A stretch of 64,000 bases of DNA from an uncultured Gemmatimonadales bacterium (GCA_963705985.1 CAVPLK010000006.1:115022-179021), one strand, 5' to 3'. Shown: positions 10,423 to 24,067, counted from the stretch's first letter. Notes: a model not told the origin generated them from the letters alone. Program-made: numbers and translations.

Positions 10423-11603
10423 TCGGCGGTGATGACCACCTCGCGCACGTCCTCCCGATCGGGAAGCTCGAACATGATGTCGGTCATCGTGGTCTCGAGA
10501 ATCGCCCGCAGCCCGCGGGCCCCGGTGCCACGTTTGAGGGCCTTGCGCGCCACGGCCCGAAGCGCCTCGGCCTCAAACGTCAGCCGCGCGTCCTCGAGCT
10601 CGAAGAGCTTCCGGTACTGCTTGGTGAGCGCGTTCTTGGGCTCGAGGAGGATTTGCACCAGCGCGGCTTCGTCGAGCGACTCCAGCGACACCGTCACGGG
10701 CAAACGACCCACCAGCTCGGGTATCAGGCCGAAGCGAAGGAGGTCGTCCGGCTCGACGTCGGTGAAGGGGTCGTGCGTCGCTCCCGCCGGCCGTTCGGCG
10801 CGGGGGCCGGAGGTGAACCCGATCTTCTGGCGCCCGATGCGCGCCTCGATGATCTTCTCGAGCCCGTCGAAGGCACCGCCACAGATGAACAGGATGTCCT
10901 TGGTGTTGATCTGGATGTATTCCTGCTGCGGATGCTTGCGGCCGCCCTGCGGCGGCACCGAGGCCACCGTGCCTTCGAGAATCTTGAGCAGCGCCTGCTG
11001 GACCCCTTCGCCGGAAACATCGCGCGTGATGCTCGGGTTTTCCGACTTGCGCGCGATCTTGTCGATCTCGTCGATATAGACGATGCCCCGCTCACACTCG
11101 GCCACGTTGAACTCGCCGGCCTGCAACAACCGCACGAGGATATTCTCCACGTCCTCACCGACGTATCCCGCTTCCGTCAGGGTCGTGGCATCTGCGATGG
11201 TGAACGGCACGTCGAGAATGCGGGCCAGCGTCTGCGCCAGCAGGGTCTTGCCCACCCCGGTGGGGCCGAGGAGGAGGATATTCGACTTCTCCAGCTCCAC
11301 CTCGCCATCGCGGGCCGCGGCAGCGTTGATCCGCTTGTAATGATTGTAGACGGCGACGGAGAGAGTCCGCTTGGCGCGTTCCTGGCCGATCACATATTCG
11401 TCGAGGGTGCTCTTGATCTCCGCCGGGGTGGGTACGGAGGTGATGCTCTCGGCTACCTCCCGCTCCTCGTCCTCGGCCAGAATCTCATTACAGAGGGTGA
11501 TACATTCGTTGCAAATGTAAACAGACGGGCCGGAGATGAACTTCCGGACCGAGTCCTTAGACTTGCCGCAAAAGGAGCAGCGGAGGTGCTTGTCGTTCGA
11601 CAT
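10356..11603 (-). CDS. clpX: ATP-dependent Clp protease ATP-binding subunit ClpX
   Basis: N-terminal zinc ribbon CSFCGK..CNEC, Walker A GPTGVGKT, and ClpX-like sequence over the full length (415 aa). Confidence 0.97.
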   Translation of the reverse strand: MSNDKHLRCSFCGKSKDSVRKFISGPSVYICNECITLCNEILAEDEEREVAESITSVPTPAEIKSTLDEYVIGQERAKRTLSVAVYNHYKRINAAAARDGEVELEKSNILLLGPTGVGKTLLAQTLARILDVPFTIADATTLTEAGYVGEDVENILVRLLQAGEFNVAECERGIVYIDEIDKIARKSENPSITRDVSGEGVQQALLKILEGTVASVPPQGGRKHPQQEYIQINTKDILFICGGAFDGLEKIIEARIGRQKIGFTSGPRAERPAGATHDPFTDVEPDDLLRFGLIPELVGRLPVTVSLESLDEAALVQILLEPKNALTKQYRKLFELEDARLTFEAEALRAVARKALKRGTGARGLRAILETTMTDIMFELPDREDVREVVITAECVTEGTPPLIVTERAKQKKEA

Positions 11604-11673
11604 GCGCTGGCCGCCGATGGTGAAGAGGGGGACCCAACCCGAAAGGTGGGCCGGGTCCCCGGGGGCGTCAAGG

Positions 11674-12291
11674 CTAGGCCTGGGGGGCCAGCCAGTCCTT
11701 CCGGGGCTCGAAGACCGTATCGATGAGCCCGTATTCCTTGGCCTCCTCGGCGCTCATGAACCGGTCCCGGTCCATGTCTCGCTCAATCGTCTCGATCGGC
11801 TGGCCAGTGTGGAAGCTGTAGAGCTGGTTCATCTTAGCACGCAGGTACAGGATTTCCCGGGCCTGAATTTCGATGTCCGAGGCGGTACCCTGAGCCCCGC
11901 CCGAGGGCTGGTGAATCATGATCCGGCTGTGGGGCAGGGCGCTTCGCTTTCCCTTGGCGCCGGCGGACAGGAGGAACGACCCCATGGAGGCCGCCATGCC
12001 CATGCAAATGGTGTTTACCGGGGCACGGAGGTGCTGCATCGTGTCGTAGATGGCCATCCCGCTCGAGACCACCCCACCCGGGCTGTTCAGGTACAAGTAG
12101 ATGTCCTTCTCGGGGTTGTCGGCCTCGAGGAAGAGCAGCTGGGCGATGATGATGTTGGCGACGTCGTCGTTGATGCCGGCGCCGAGAAAGACAATCCGGT
12201 CCATCAGCAGACGGCTGAAGATGTCGTAGGTGCGCTCGCCGCGGCTGGACCGTTCGATGATATACGGAGGATAGACTGACACTTGACTCAC
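11674..12291 (-). CDS. clpP: ATP-dependent Clp protease proteolytic subunit ClpP
   Basis: 205 aa, [20 protein letters not shown].., active-site contexts [11 protein letters not shown] and IMIHQP. Sits upstream of clpX. Confidence 0.97.
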   Translation of the reverse strand: MSQVSVYPPYIIERSSRGERTYDIFSRLLMDRIVFLGAGINDDVANIIIAQLLFLEADNPEKDIYLYLNSPGGVVSSGMAIYDTMQHLRAPVNTICMGMAASMGSFLLSAGAKGKRSALPHSRIMIHQPSGGAQGTASDIEIQAREILYLRAKMNQLYSFHTGQPIETIERDMDRDRFMSAEEAKEYGLIDTVFEPRKDWLAPQA

Positions 12292-13532
12292 CCTTCCACG
12301 GTGGATTGCTGGAGCAGGTAGCCGAAGACCTTGTCCTCGGTGATGGCGCGCTCAAGTTCCGGGAGTCGCTTGGCCTTCTGCAGTGACGCATAGACTTGAC
12401 CGGCCGGGACGTTGCGGGCCGCCGCCATGGTCGCGATCCGGGCGTCGACGTCGGCCTCGGTCGCGTAGAGGCTCTGGGCCTCGGCCACGGCGGACAGGAC
12501 CAGGTCGCGCCGGACCTGGGCCTCTGCGACCGGCTGGAACTGGGCCGCGAACTCCGGCTCCTTCTCGTGCGGCACACCGTAGGCGTGCAGGTAGCCATGA
12601 ATCACGCGATGGACCAGCGAGGGAGGCGCCTCGACGTTGTTGGCCTCGACCAGTTTCTGGATCAGCAGGTCGCGCACCCGGGCGTCCGCCTCGCGCACCG
12701 CGTCCCGCTCGAGGTCGGTGCGCACGGCGGCACGGAGGCTCGCCAGGTCGTCGAAGTCGCCGACTTCGCGGGCAAAGGCATCGTCGAGGGGGGGCAGGTC
12801 CTGCCGCTTCACTTCGTGGAGCGCCACCCTGAGTTTCCGGACCATCCCGCGCCGGGCCTCTTCAGGATGATCGTCGGGGAGCCGAACTTCCGTCTCCGCC
12901 ACTTCGCCTGGCTGCAGCTCCATGATGCGTTCCTCGAGGGCGGGCAACGCCTGTCCTTCGCCGAGCACGATCGAGTGGGGCTGCGGCTCGGGCGATGCAT
13001 CGCTGTCGAGCGCGGTGACATCCACCTGGACCATCTGGCCGGGGCTGGGCTTCTGCCCCTCCACGGGGAGCCAGGTGGCCTTCTGTTCACGAAGCTTCCC
13101 GAGCTGTTCCTCCACCTGGGCGTCCGCGACCTCCGGCACCTCGCGGGCCAGGGTAAATCCACCGACCGTCGCGATGGTCACCTCGGGGCGTACCTCGACG
13201 TGCAGCTCGAACTCGATGGCACCGCCCTCGTCGAACTTGAGGTTGCGCACCGACGGGTCGGCGACCGGCTTCAGCGCCTCCGACTCGCGCGCCTGATCCC
13301 AGCTTTCGCGGATCACTTCGTCGAGGACGGTCTGTCGGATGGCGTCGTGATAGCGCTTGCGGACAATGGCAGGGGGCGCATGGCCCTTCCGGAACCCGGG
13401 CAGCCGCACGTTGCGGGAGACCTGCTGTACGGCCCGGTCCTCGGCGAGGCGGACGCGCTCGACCGGCACCGTCACCTGGAGGGACTTCGAGGCGGCGTCG
13501 CCGCTCGTTGCTTGAATCGTGATAGTTGTCAT
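12288..13532 (-). CDS. tig: Trigger factor
   Basis: Conserved tig-clpP-clpX order. The N terminus [31 protein letters not shown] is typical. I chose ATG 13532 over the upstream listed start 13571. Confidence 0.9.
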   Translation of the reverse strand: MTTITIQATSGDAASKSLQVTVPVERVRLAEDRAVQQVSRNVRLPGFRKGHAPPAIVRKRYHDAIRQTVLDEVIRESWDQARESEALKPVADPSVRNLKFDEGGAIEFELHVEVRPEVTIATVGGFTLAREVPEVADAQVEEQLGKLREQKATWLPVEGQKPSPGQMVQVDVTALDSDASPEPQPHSIVLGEGQALPALEERIMELQPGEVAETEVRLPDDHPEEARRGMVRKLRVALHEVKRQDLPPLDDAFAREVGDFDDLASLRAAVRTDLERDAVREADARVRDLLIQKLVEANNVEAPPSLVHRVIHGYLHAYGVPHEKEPEFAAQFQPVAEAQVRRDLVLSAVAEAQSLYATEADVDARIATMAAARNVPAGQVYASLQKAKRLPELERAITEDKVFGYLLQQSTVEG

Positions 13533-13585
13533 GGCAGGGAGAAATCTACCCGACCGCAGGGAGGCGGGCAAACAAACGCCTGAAG

Positions 13586-13834
13586 TCAGCTTCCCGGGCG
13601 CGGCGGGAGGTCCCTGGCCACCGCAGGATCCCGAAACCCCTCTCGGGCGTGGGCGCCATCGCAGAAGGGCCTATTGGCTGAGTGGCCGCAGCGGCACAGG
13701 GTGATCGTCTTCCGGCCGCCCAGGCCGAAGCCCGTTCCCTCGGTGTCCACCACGCTGAAGTCGCCCTCGATGCGGATGGGGCCATTCGGGTTGATGACGA
13801 TTCGCGTCGTGATAAGCCCTCCCTTGTGGTTCAT
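13586..13834 (-). CDS. CDGSH-type iron-sulfur domain protein
   Basis: Motif CRCGHSANRPFCDGAH. The listed ORF extends to 13900, but that extension lies inside the tRNA gene. The first plausible start is ATG 13834. Confidence 0.7.
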   Translation of the reverse strand: MNHKGGLITTRIVINPNGPIRIEGDFSVVDTEGTGFGLGGRKTITLCRCGHSANRPFCDGAHAREGFRDPAVARDLPPRPGS

Positions 13835-13914
13835 GCGACCGGAGGGACTCGAACCCCCACGGGTTTCCCCACCTGGTCCTAAGCCAGGCGCGTCTGCCAT
13901 TCCGCCACGGTCGC
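13834..13914 (-). tRNA. tRNA-Leu (anticodon TAG), type II with long variable arm, CCA not encoded
   Basis: I folded it by hand: GCGACCG acceptor pairs with CGGTCGC; anticodon stem CCTGG/CCAGG with loop CTTAGGA; variable arm TGGGGAAACCCGT; T arm GGGGG-TTCGAGT-CCCTC; discriminator A. Confidence 0.9.
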
Positions 13915-13935
13915 CGGTGCTGTCTCGGTGCGGGG

Positions 13936-14844
13936 TCAGGGCTCCCCGTCGGATCCTCCCTGCAATTCGCGCTCGATCGCGCCCAGGGTCTCCTTGGCCT
14001 CCGGCGTGCTTTCCCCGGACTTCCGGAGTCGCTTTGCCTCCCGCTCCAGCTCGCGCTTGAACAGCTCCTCGGCGACTTCCTGACGATGCTTCAGCTCCGC
14101 CGCGAACTCGGGGTCCCGGCCAAGGCGCTCCACATCTTCCCGCACCCGGGCGACCAGCTCCGCCACGTGCTCCCGGGCATGCCGGGCCGCGAGATCGTCG
14201 GCCGGAAGCGCCTCGAGGCGCCTGCCGACCCGCTCCAGCAGTCGCAGGTACGCCTCGCTCGGCTCGGCCTGCCGCACCCGGTCGAGATCGGCCGCCGCGG
14301 CCGGGTTGTGCCGTGATCGGCGTTCGAGGTCGGCGGTTTCCGCGAGCAGCGCTCCGGCCACCAGGTTGGCGGACGTGCGGAATTCACCGTACGACTCCCG
14401 GCCGCTGCGCCCGAGCGCCCGGGCCACGATCAAGCCGTTCAACGCACCGAATCCGGCGACGATGATCGGGGCAAAGGCCCGATTCAGCCCGAGCACCTCC
14501 CCGCGGCCCAGGAGGCGGAGCAACCCAAGGAAAATGAGGGCGGCGCCGGCGTTCGCGATGATCCAGAGGGCGTAGTACCCCAGCGGGCCTGCGTTGCGGA
14601 GCCCGCCGAGGATGAGGGCGACGGCCCCGCCGGTCGCCCCCGCCACCAGGCCCGCCACCCCCATGTCGAGCACCGCAGCCGGAATGTCCGTCCGCCCCTG
14701 CAGAATCCAGAGAGGCACGCTCGCGAGGATCAGCACCGCCGTCACGGCGCTGCCGAGCAGCGCCCCCCAGAACGGGGGCTGCAGTGCCGGGGGAAGCCGC
14801 TCGGCGGCTTCGACCACGCGAAGGAGTCGGGAACGGCTGGTCAT
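13936..14844 (-). CDS. Hypothetical membrane protein (about 4 TM segments plus a charged helical C-terminal domain)
   Basis: I placed the start at ATG 14844 (MTSRSRLL..), just after the stop of the upstream gene. Gly/Ala-rich hydrophobic segments are followed by an E/R/K-rich tail. Confidence 0.5.
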   Translation of the reverse strand: MTSRSRLLRVVEAAERLPPALQPPFWGALLGSAVTAVLILASVPLWILQGRTDIPAAVLDMGVAGLVAGATGGAVALILGGLRNAGPLGYYALWIIANAGAALIFLGLLRLLGRGEVLGLNRAFAPIIVAGFGALNGLIVARALGRSGRESYGEFRTSANLVAGALLAETADLERRSRHNPAAAADLDRVRQAEPSEAYLRLLERVGRRLEALPADDLAARHAREHVAELVARVREDVERLGRDPEFAAELKHRQEVAEELFKRELEREAKRLRKSGESTPEAKETLGAIERELQGGSDGEP

Positions 14845-14848
14845 CGGC

Positions 14849-15343
14849 TCACTCCAGCAACCATCCGAGAAAGATCCAGGAGACGCGATCGCCGTCGAGG
14901 CCGACGCGCATGACGTGCAGGCCGTCTTCGTGGTCCGGCGCCACATAGTCCCACGAACTGTCGGTGCGCCGCTGGGGACGCCCGTAGAGCTCCCGCAGCC
15001 GCTCCACAGGGTCACCAGGTCGAAGGCCCCGCGCGGTCGCCGCCCCCGGGCCGGTCAGGGTTGCGCCGTACCGCAGGCCGTCATCCGCGAGGGCGATGGC
15101 CAGGTCCGGATATACCCAGGCCAGGAGTTCGATGTCCGGTTCGTCGGGGTCTGGCATCGAGATGATGGAGTCGGGCTCGCCGAGGAGGGCGAGCACCTCC
15201 GACGAATCGGCGTCGTCGGGCAGTCCAGCCACCACAAAATCGCTGTCGGTGAGCCAGGGGCTGCCGGCGTCGCGCGGGGCATCGCGGCTGCACGCTAAGG
15301 TGAGGGCCAGGACGACCAGGCGGAAGGGGGGACGGAAATTCAC
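14849..15343 (-). CDS. Hypothetical lipoprotein
   Basis: GTG 15343 gives VNFRPPFRLVVLALTLACS (a lipobox-like signal). The rest of the listed ORF, up to 15619, overlaps htrA. Confidence 0.45.
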   Translation of the reverse strand: MNFRPPFRLVVLALTLACSRDAPRDAGSPWLTDSDFVVAGLPDDADSSEVLALLGEPDSIISMPDPDEPDIELLAWVYPDLAIALADDGLRYGATLTGPGAATARGLRPGDPVERLRELYGRPQRRTDSSWDYVAPDHEDGLHVMRVGLDGDRVSWIFLGWLLE

Positions 15344-15417
15344 GCTGTAATGTAAGCATCGCGGCGGTGTTGGGACACGGCATGCCGCGCCCCAACACCG
15401 CCCCATCGTCCGGCCTC

Positions 15418-17016
<1,599 letters not shown>

Positions 17017-17115
17017 GAGGCGGACTCTCTCTCGTGGATGTATGCGTGCACTTCCCGGCGCCGCCGGGCTATTCCATCATAACCCGGATGCGCAGGAAAA
17101 AGTTTCGGTCGCGGA

Positions 17116-19035
<1,920 letters not shown>

Positions 19036-19192
19036 GCTGGTCCGTTCCTTTCTCGGGAATTCATGCACGCCGACCCGCAGCCGGAGACCGCGGCGCGAAC
19101 AGTATCTCAGCCAAGTAGGGCAACCCCCATACCGTTATTTGCTGCCATTCTGGCAGTGATCTATCCTGTTGATATTGAAGTAGATATGACAA

Positions 19193-19218
19193 GCCCGACC
19201 CGGATGGCCGGATCGGGC
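19193..19218 (-). terminator. Putative rho-independent terminator hairpin downstream of the outer-membrane protein gene
   Basis: Arms GCCCGACCCGG and CCGGATCGGGC (11 bp with one mismatch), 4-nt loop. It starts 20 nt after the stop at 19238. On the minus strand it is followed by TTGTCATATCT. Confidence 0.5.
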
Positions 19219-19237
19219 TGGTGGGACTTCCGAGGGG

Positions 19238-21391
19238 CTAGAACGACTGGGCGAACGCGAAGGTAAAGGTCCAATCCGCGCTTTCGCCGATCGGAGTGGC
19301 GGCGCCGAAGCCGAGCAGGGTGCCGAACAGGCTCAGCCGGATTTCGACGGTGGACCTGACGCCGTCCGACACGACGGAGAAGGGCTGAGTGACACCGTTG
19401 ACGGTCTGGGTGCCGACGGCGCTTAGCGAGGAATCGGCCGCCGCCGAGGTCGTCTCGGTATAGCCCGCATAGACTCGCAGGGAGAGGTTGGGCGCGATCG
19501 GCGGGATGGCGGCGCTCCCGACCTTGAGCGGGGCCTGCAGGAAGGGCAACGGGGCCGCCAGCATCCAGCGGCTGAGCGCCCCGACATTTCCTCCGAACTG
19601 GTCATAGTCATACCCGGGCATGGAGCCCGAGCCGCCGATCAGGAACAGTTGCTGGGTCGGCGGATTGTCCGAGAGGGTGTACCCGCCGTCGGCGACCATC
19701 GTGAATGTCACCTTTTTCCAGTTGGCCCGGAGCACGAATCCCGCCTGGATCCGCTGATAGGGCAGGTCGCCCCCTCCCGCCTCGAAGGTCGCGTGGAGAC
19801 CGATGCCGGTTCGGGTGTAGTGCGAGCTCACCTCCGGATGCCAGTTCACGCCGACCTGCACGCGGGGGTATTTGTACGCCACGACGTTCGGGTTGATGGT
19901 GTACGTCTGGCCGAGGGGGCCGCTCGAGAGGTCCGCCACGGTCCGTCGGTCGTCGATATAGTCGATCCGGGCCGTGACGCCGCCGGGGTTCAGCGTGTTG
20001 AAGAAGTACTCGCCGCCGGCACCCACGGTCAGCCGGTCGACGTAGTCGTAGTTATCCTGCTGGAAGAGGGCACGGATGCCGCGGTTGTAGTCGAGCGGAT
20101 CGCCAAACTTCGTCGCCAGATCGAGATCGCGCATCACCTTCACGTTGGTGGCCCAGCGCGACCGGCCGAGGGTGGCGGAGATGCCGCCGCGGGGCAGCCC
20201 GGGCCACATCGCGTAGCCGGCGGTGCCCCGCACGCTGAGCCCGGGCACGGCGTCGCGGAAATACATGGTGCCGGAGACGCCGAGGTACAGTCCTTCGACC
20301 CGGTTGAACCGAAGGGCCTGCAGCGTGGTCGGGCCGCGCCAGAGGTACTGCGGCGGGCCATCGGGCCGCATCGCGAGGGGGCCGACGCTGAAGAGGTCGC
20401 CGGTCTCAACGGCGTTGATCGAGGTGTTCGGCTGGAGCTTCCAGCCCCGGAACTCGCGCAGACTGTCCTTGGTGGTCACCGAGCGGCCGGGCTGGAAGGT
20501 GGGAAGCCTCGCCGACATCGCGCCGGGCGCGCCCACCACCGGCTCCACCTCGCCGAGCCGGGACATCACGCGGAGGATGCTCCAGCTCTCGGTGGAGAGC
20601 GGAATCAGGACTTCGAGGTCGACCCGCTGGTAGGTGGGGAGCCATCCGGCGCCCGTCACCTCGGTCGTGACGATGTCCGCCACCGCTCCGTTGAGGGCGA
20701 GCTTGTTGAGGAATTTCGTGGTCCCGGATTGGGGAGGGCCGCCGATGGTGAGGAACTGCCCGGTCAGGCGTCGGAGGACGCCGGATTCCGGATCGAGGTA
20801 GAGGTTTCCCCGAAACACCTTTTCCGGGGTCGCGCCGGCGATGACGGGCCACACCTCGACTCGAACCGCGCGCAGGGTGCCGCCAGTCGGCAGGGTCATC
20901 GTGACGGTGTCGCCCCCCTCGAACCGGTAGTACTTGTCCCGGTCGGCGCCGAGCGGCGACCAGGCGGAGTAGCCCCCCCCCGAGTCGGAGCCGACGGCCG
21001 TCTTGGTGCCACTCGACGCGCCGAAGAGATCGATCTTGGGGCCGGTCAGGGTCGGAATGATCCAGCCGCTTGAGAGGGCCGCTGATCCGGGAAGCGGCAC
21101 CCCGGTCGTCACGACCCGGTAGCCCTGCTGGTGCTGGCCAAATCCGCTGTCGACAATCCAGGTGAACACTCCGGCCGTCTGCTCGATGGTGGAGGCGCCC
21201 TGGATCCGGTCCGGAAGAATCTTGATCAGGGCCACCTCGGACTCATAGCGCGCGGTGTAGGCGCGAAAGTCGGCCGGGGGGGCGGCGTTGATCGTTGCAG
21301 CCCGGCCCACGACCTCACGGAGCGCGGGTGAGCTGTAGCTGGCCGTGTCCTGAGTGGTGGCCTGCGTCAGCAGGAGGAGCAGCGAGAGCAT
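19238..21391 (-). CDS. Large outer-membrane beta-barrel protein, possibly Omp85-related
   Basis: 717 aa. The C terminus FTFAFAQSF ends in Phe, the typical OMP sorting signature. Contains LFLIGGSGSMPGYDYDQFGG, which resembles the D15 barrel motif. Confidence 0.6.
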   Translation of the reverse strand: MLSLLLLLTQATTQDTASYSSPALREVVGRAATINAAPPADFRAYTARYESEVALIKILPDRIQGASTIEQTAGVFTWIVDSGFGQHQQGYRVVTTGVPLPGSAALSSGWIIPTLTGPKIDLFGASSGTKTAVGSDSGGGYSAWSPLGADRDKYYRFEGGDTVTMTLPTGGTLRAVRVEVWPVIAGATPEKVFRGNLYLDPESGVLRRLTGQFLTIGGPPQSGTTKFLNKLALNGAVADIVTTEVTGAGWLPTYQRVDLEVLIPLSTESWSILRVMSRLGEVEPVVGAPGAMSARLPTFQPGRSVTTKDSLREFRGWKLQPNTSINAVETGDLFSVGPLAMRPDGPPQYLWRGPTTLQALRFNRVEGLYLGVSGTMYFRDAVPGLSVRGTAGYAMWPGLPRGGISATLGRSRWATNVKVMRDLDLATKFGDPLDYNRGIRALFQQDNYDYVDRLTVGAGGEYFFNTLNPGGVTARIDYIDDRRTVADLSSGPLGQTYTINPNVVAYKYPRVQVGVNWHPEVSSHYTRTGIGLHATFEAGGGDLPYQRIQAGFVLRANWKKVTFTMVADGGYTLSDNPPTQQLFLIGGSGSMPGYDYDQFGGNVGALSRWMLAAPLPFLQAPLKVGSAAIPPIAPNLSLRVYAGYTETTSAAADSSLSAVGTQTVNGVTQPFSVVSDGVRSTVEIRLSLFGTLLGFGAATPIGESADWTFTFAFAQSF

Positions 21392-21421
21392 GTTCGATCG
21401 TCCGTGGCGGGAGGGTCCCGC

Positions 21422-24067
21422 CTAGAAGGTGAAACCGCCGAGTGCATTGATGAAGACGCCCTCTCCCGCGCCGGTCGCCACCGTCAGGCTGGCGGCTAGC
21501 GAACGGTCGAGCAGCGCGGCCCAGAGCCCGCCGCCAAAACTGGGGTGCCACACGCTCGACTGCTGACCGGTCACCCAGACCCGACCGACGTCTGCCAGTC
21601 CGAGGACCCCGAAGTCCCAGGGCAGCACGAATTGAAGCTGCGTGACGCGAAGGCGGAGGTCGAGGTTGCCGTACAGCGATCGGTTGCCCTCGTACCGTCC
21701 CTGGGGAAGCCCGCGGACGGTGCGGCCGCCGCCGACGAACGCCGCTTCGTAGTAGGGCACACTACCGGCCGTACTGGTGCCGCCGGCTCGCGCCGCGACC
21801 GTCATGGCGCGCCACCAGTGCGGAGTCAGGTAGGTGGCGACTGAGCCTGAGATGGTGGTGAAGTCGCCGCTGCCATCCTTCACCCAGGGATACCAACCAC
21901 CCGTCACGCTCGCCAGGACGCCGTGCCGCGGCGCACCCTTGACGTCGCGGGTATCGAAGAGCACTTCGCCGGTGACCCCCGCCTGCCCGAAGCTCGGACT
22001 GCCGTACGGCTCCGCGATCCCGATGTACAGGTTGCTGTCGAGCGGCGTGTTCACTGACTTCAACTCGATGCCCAGGCCGACCTTGACGCGCTTCGACAAG
22101 GGGAGGAGCAGGGTCGGGGCGAGCCCATAGAGGTTTCGCCCGGCCCGATAGTAGGCGTTGGTGCTGTCGCCGGGGGTCTCGTTGCCGTACCCATAGAAAT
22201 AGACTGCGCCGACACCGGAGGCGGCGGCCTCGACCTGCAGTTGCAGCGGGGAGTTCGCGAAGCGGAAGTCACCCAGGAATTCCACGACCCCGCGCTTGGA
22301 ATCGGAGCCATAGGCGGCGCGGAGGGTGAGGCGGTTCCGGTACGGCCGGGCATCGCCCGACCAGTCGGTGCGCACGACCCCGCCGCCGATGAGCAGGCCG
22401 ACCCCGGAGGAGATCGCGAGCCAGCCGGTGGGGTGGTAGGTCCGCGGGACGTCGGTCCGCTCTTCGCCGGTGCTGTCGATGAAGGCAAGGGGGTCGGCCA
22501 GCGTGCTGGATCGGATTCGCGTCTCGCCGGGCCGGTCGGTGGTCACCGCCGCGGCCTTGCCGAAGACGGTGATCGCCCGCTGATCGCCCGATCCCGTGAC
22601 GGACAGCGACTCCCCCGGCATGGGAGCCACCCGCACGGCCGGTGCCTTCCCGGGTGTTCCCACGATTTCGAGTGTGTCATGCCCGGCGCCCAGGAACAGC
22701 GTGACCCGGTTGGTCTCGCGGGCGCGATACGGCGCCGGCGCTCTGGTGCCGATGCGCACGGCGAGCGAGTCAGCTCCAGCCCACTCTACAACCACACGTT
22801 CGGGTTCCGCGGTCGCGTAGAGCTCGGCGTCCCGCCGCACCTGGCGATACATGCGATCGACGACCTGCGACAGGCGGTCCCGTCGGTGTCGCAGGTCGCG
22901 TCCCATCTCCTCACCGATTTTCGCCTGGTACGCTGGGGGCATGCGGGCCACCGCGGCGTCGATGGCCGAGTCGGTAAGCCGGGCCTGCAGGGCGGCCGCC
23001 ACGGAGTCCCAGCTGGCGCGCCCCAGCGAGCCGAGCAGGAAGCGATAGCCACTCCGCTGATCGGAGTTTCCCGTCAGCGTACGTGGGTAGGCCTTGCCGA
23101 AGTCGACCAGGTCGGGAGAGAGCGGGCGCCACGCGCTTGAGACGATGCCGTTGTACCGCGACAGCGCCGTGGACCGAAACGTGCCGAGGGGGCTCCACAG
23201 GACTTCGGAGCCATCGACTGAGGCCTCCCACCGCCACTCGAGGAAACGTGGATTGAGGTTGCCGACATACACGTTGAAGAGGGTGGCCAGCAGCGCGGCG
23301 CGCGAGTCGATCCGCTCGGTGGGCCGGTAGAGGATACGGTGCAGGAACGCCAGGGAGGTGAGGACGGTCCCCTCCGTCACTGGCCCGGTGGAGTCCGTCA
23401 GGCCGACAGGGTCGCCACGGAGGAGGTACCCGGCCCGTGCGGAGTCGCCCGTCGCCGTGAGTTGCCATCCCGAGCCGGCCGGCACCGCCACCAGCCAGGC
23501 GTCCTGGTTCGGCACGCCGGCGGCCTCGGCGAGCGCCGCCGCTACCAGCGGACCCGCCGGATTTCTGCCGCTCGCCAGATCCGCGACGAGTCCGTCACTG
23601 ACCGTCGCCGGTACGATGCCGGGTGGAAACGCATGCGGCTCTGGGCGGTCCAGCGGGAAGAAGGTCCAGCGGGAGCCATCAGCGCCGGTGAGGTAGATCA
23701 GGCCTGCCTCGAGGCCCGCCCCGCGGCCGGACTCGACCAAGCCTCCGGCCGTGGTCTGGACATCAAGGACGGGAAGGGTGATGGGGGTGCGCCAAAGCTC
23801 TCGATAGCCGGAGCCGAACATCGGTGTGCCGAGCCACCGGATCCATGAGGTGGTGCTGAACTGAGGGCCGGGGACGACCGTCACGCTGCCCCGGGTGACC
23901 GGGGCCTCCTGGGCCAGGGAGGGAGACGCCGACAGTCCGAGCACCGCCACTGCCATCCACATCGGGCGGGCAAACCACCGGGTCCAGCGCGCGAGTCGCA
24001 CTCTTGCAGTCTCCACGATCCGAGAAATCAGGACAACGCCGACCGAGATTCGCTCTTCCCGCCACAC
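21422..24067 (-). CDS. Omp85/surface-antigen (D15) family outer-membrane protein
   Basis: 881 aa. Barrel motif YYEAAFVGGGRTVRGLPQGRYEG; C terminus FINALGGFTF. The likely true start is MWMAVAVLGLSASPSLAQ near 23962. Confidence 0.7.
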   Translation of the reverse strand: MWREERISVGVVLISRIVETARVRLARWTRWFARPMWMAVAVLGLSASPSLAQEAPVTRGSVTVVPGPQFSTTSWIRWLGTPMFGSGYRELWRTPITLPVLDVQTTAGGLVESGRGAGLEAGLIYLTGADGSRWTFFPLDRPEPHAFPPGIVPATVSDGLVADLASGRNPAGPLVAAALAEAAGVPNQDAWLVAVPAGSGWQLTATGDSARAGYLLRGDPVGLTDSTGPVTEGTVLTSLAFLHRILYRPTERIDSRAALLATLFNVYVGNLNPRFLEWRWEASVDGSEVLWSPLGTFRSTALSRYNGIVSSAWRPLSPDLVDFGKAYPRTLTGNSDQRSGYRFLLGSLGRASWDSVAAALQARLTDSAIDAAVARMPPAYQAKIGEEMGRDLRHRRDRLSQVVDRMYRQVRRDAELYATAEPERVVVEWAGADSLAVRIGTRAPAPYRARETNRVTLFLGAGHDTLEIVGTPGKAPAVRVAPMPGESLSVTGSGDQRAITVFGKAAAVTTDRPGETRIRSSTLADPLAFIDSTGEERTDVPRTYHPTGWLAISSGVGLLIGGGVVRTDWSGDARPYRNRLTLRAAYGSDSKRGVVEFLGDFRFANSPLQLQVEAAASGVGAVYFYGYGNETPGDSTNAYYRAGRNLYGLAPTLLLPLSKRVKVGLGIELKSVNTPLDSNLYIGIAEPYGSPSFGQAGVTGEVLFDTRDVKGAPRHGVLASVTGGWYPWVKDGSGDFTTISGSVATYLTPHWWRAMTVAARAGGTSTAGSVPYYEAAFVGGGRTVRGLPQGRYEGNRSLYGNLDLRLRVTQLQFVLPWDFGVLGLADVGRVWVTGQQSSVWHPSFGGGLWAALLDRSLAASLTVATGAGEGVFINALGGFTF

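Noticed and set aside
11610-11670. A GC-rich imperfect hairpin (GGGGACCC..GGGTCCCC) in the clpP-clpX spacer as a terminator.
   Set aside because: The inner stem is irregular and no U tract follows on the minus strand. clpP-clpX are normally co-transcribed. There is not enough evidence to annotate it.
13835-13900. The N-terminal extension of the CDGSH ORF (listed start 13900).
   Set aside because: These 22 codons lie entirely within the tRNA-Leu gene on the same strand, and the peptide (MADAPGLGPGGETRGGSSPSGR) is low complexity.
17053-17068. CCCGGCGCCGCCGGG palindrome after dnaK as a terminator.
   Set aside because: The loop would be only 1-3 nt and no T-rich tail follows on the minus strand. 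This is not convincing.
19121-19130. A CCCCCATAC sigma-32-like -10 element near dnaK.
   Set aside because: It is on the plus strand, pointing away from dnaK and toward the 3' end of a minus-strand gene. No matching CTTGAA -35 sits at the right spacing.
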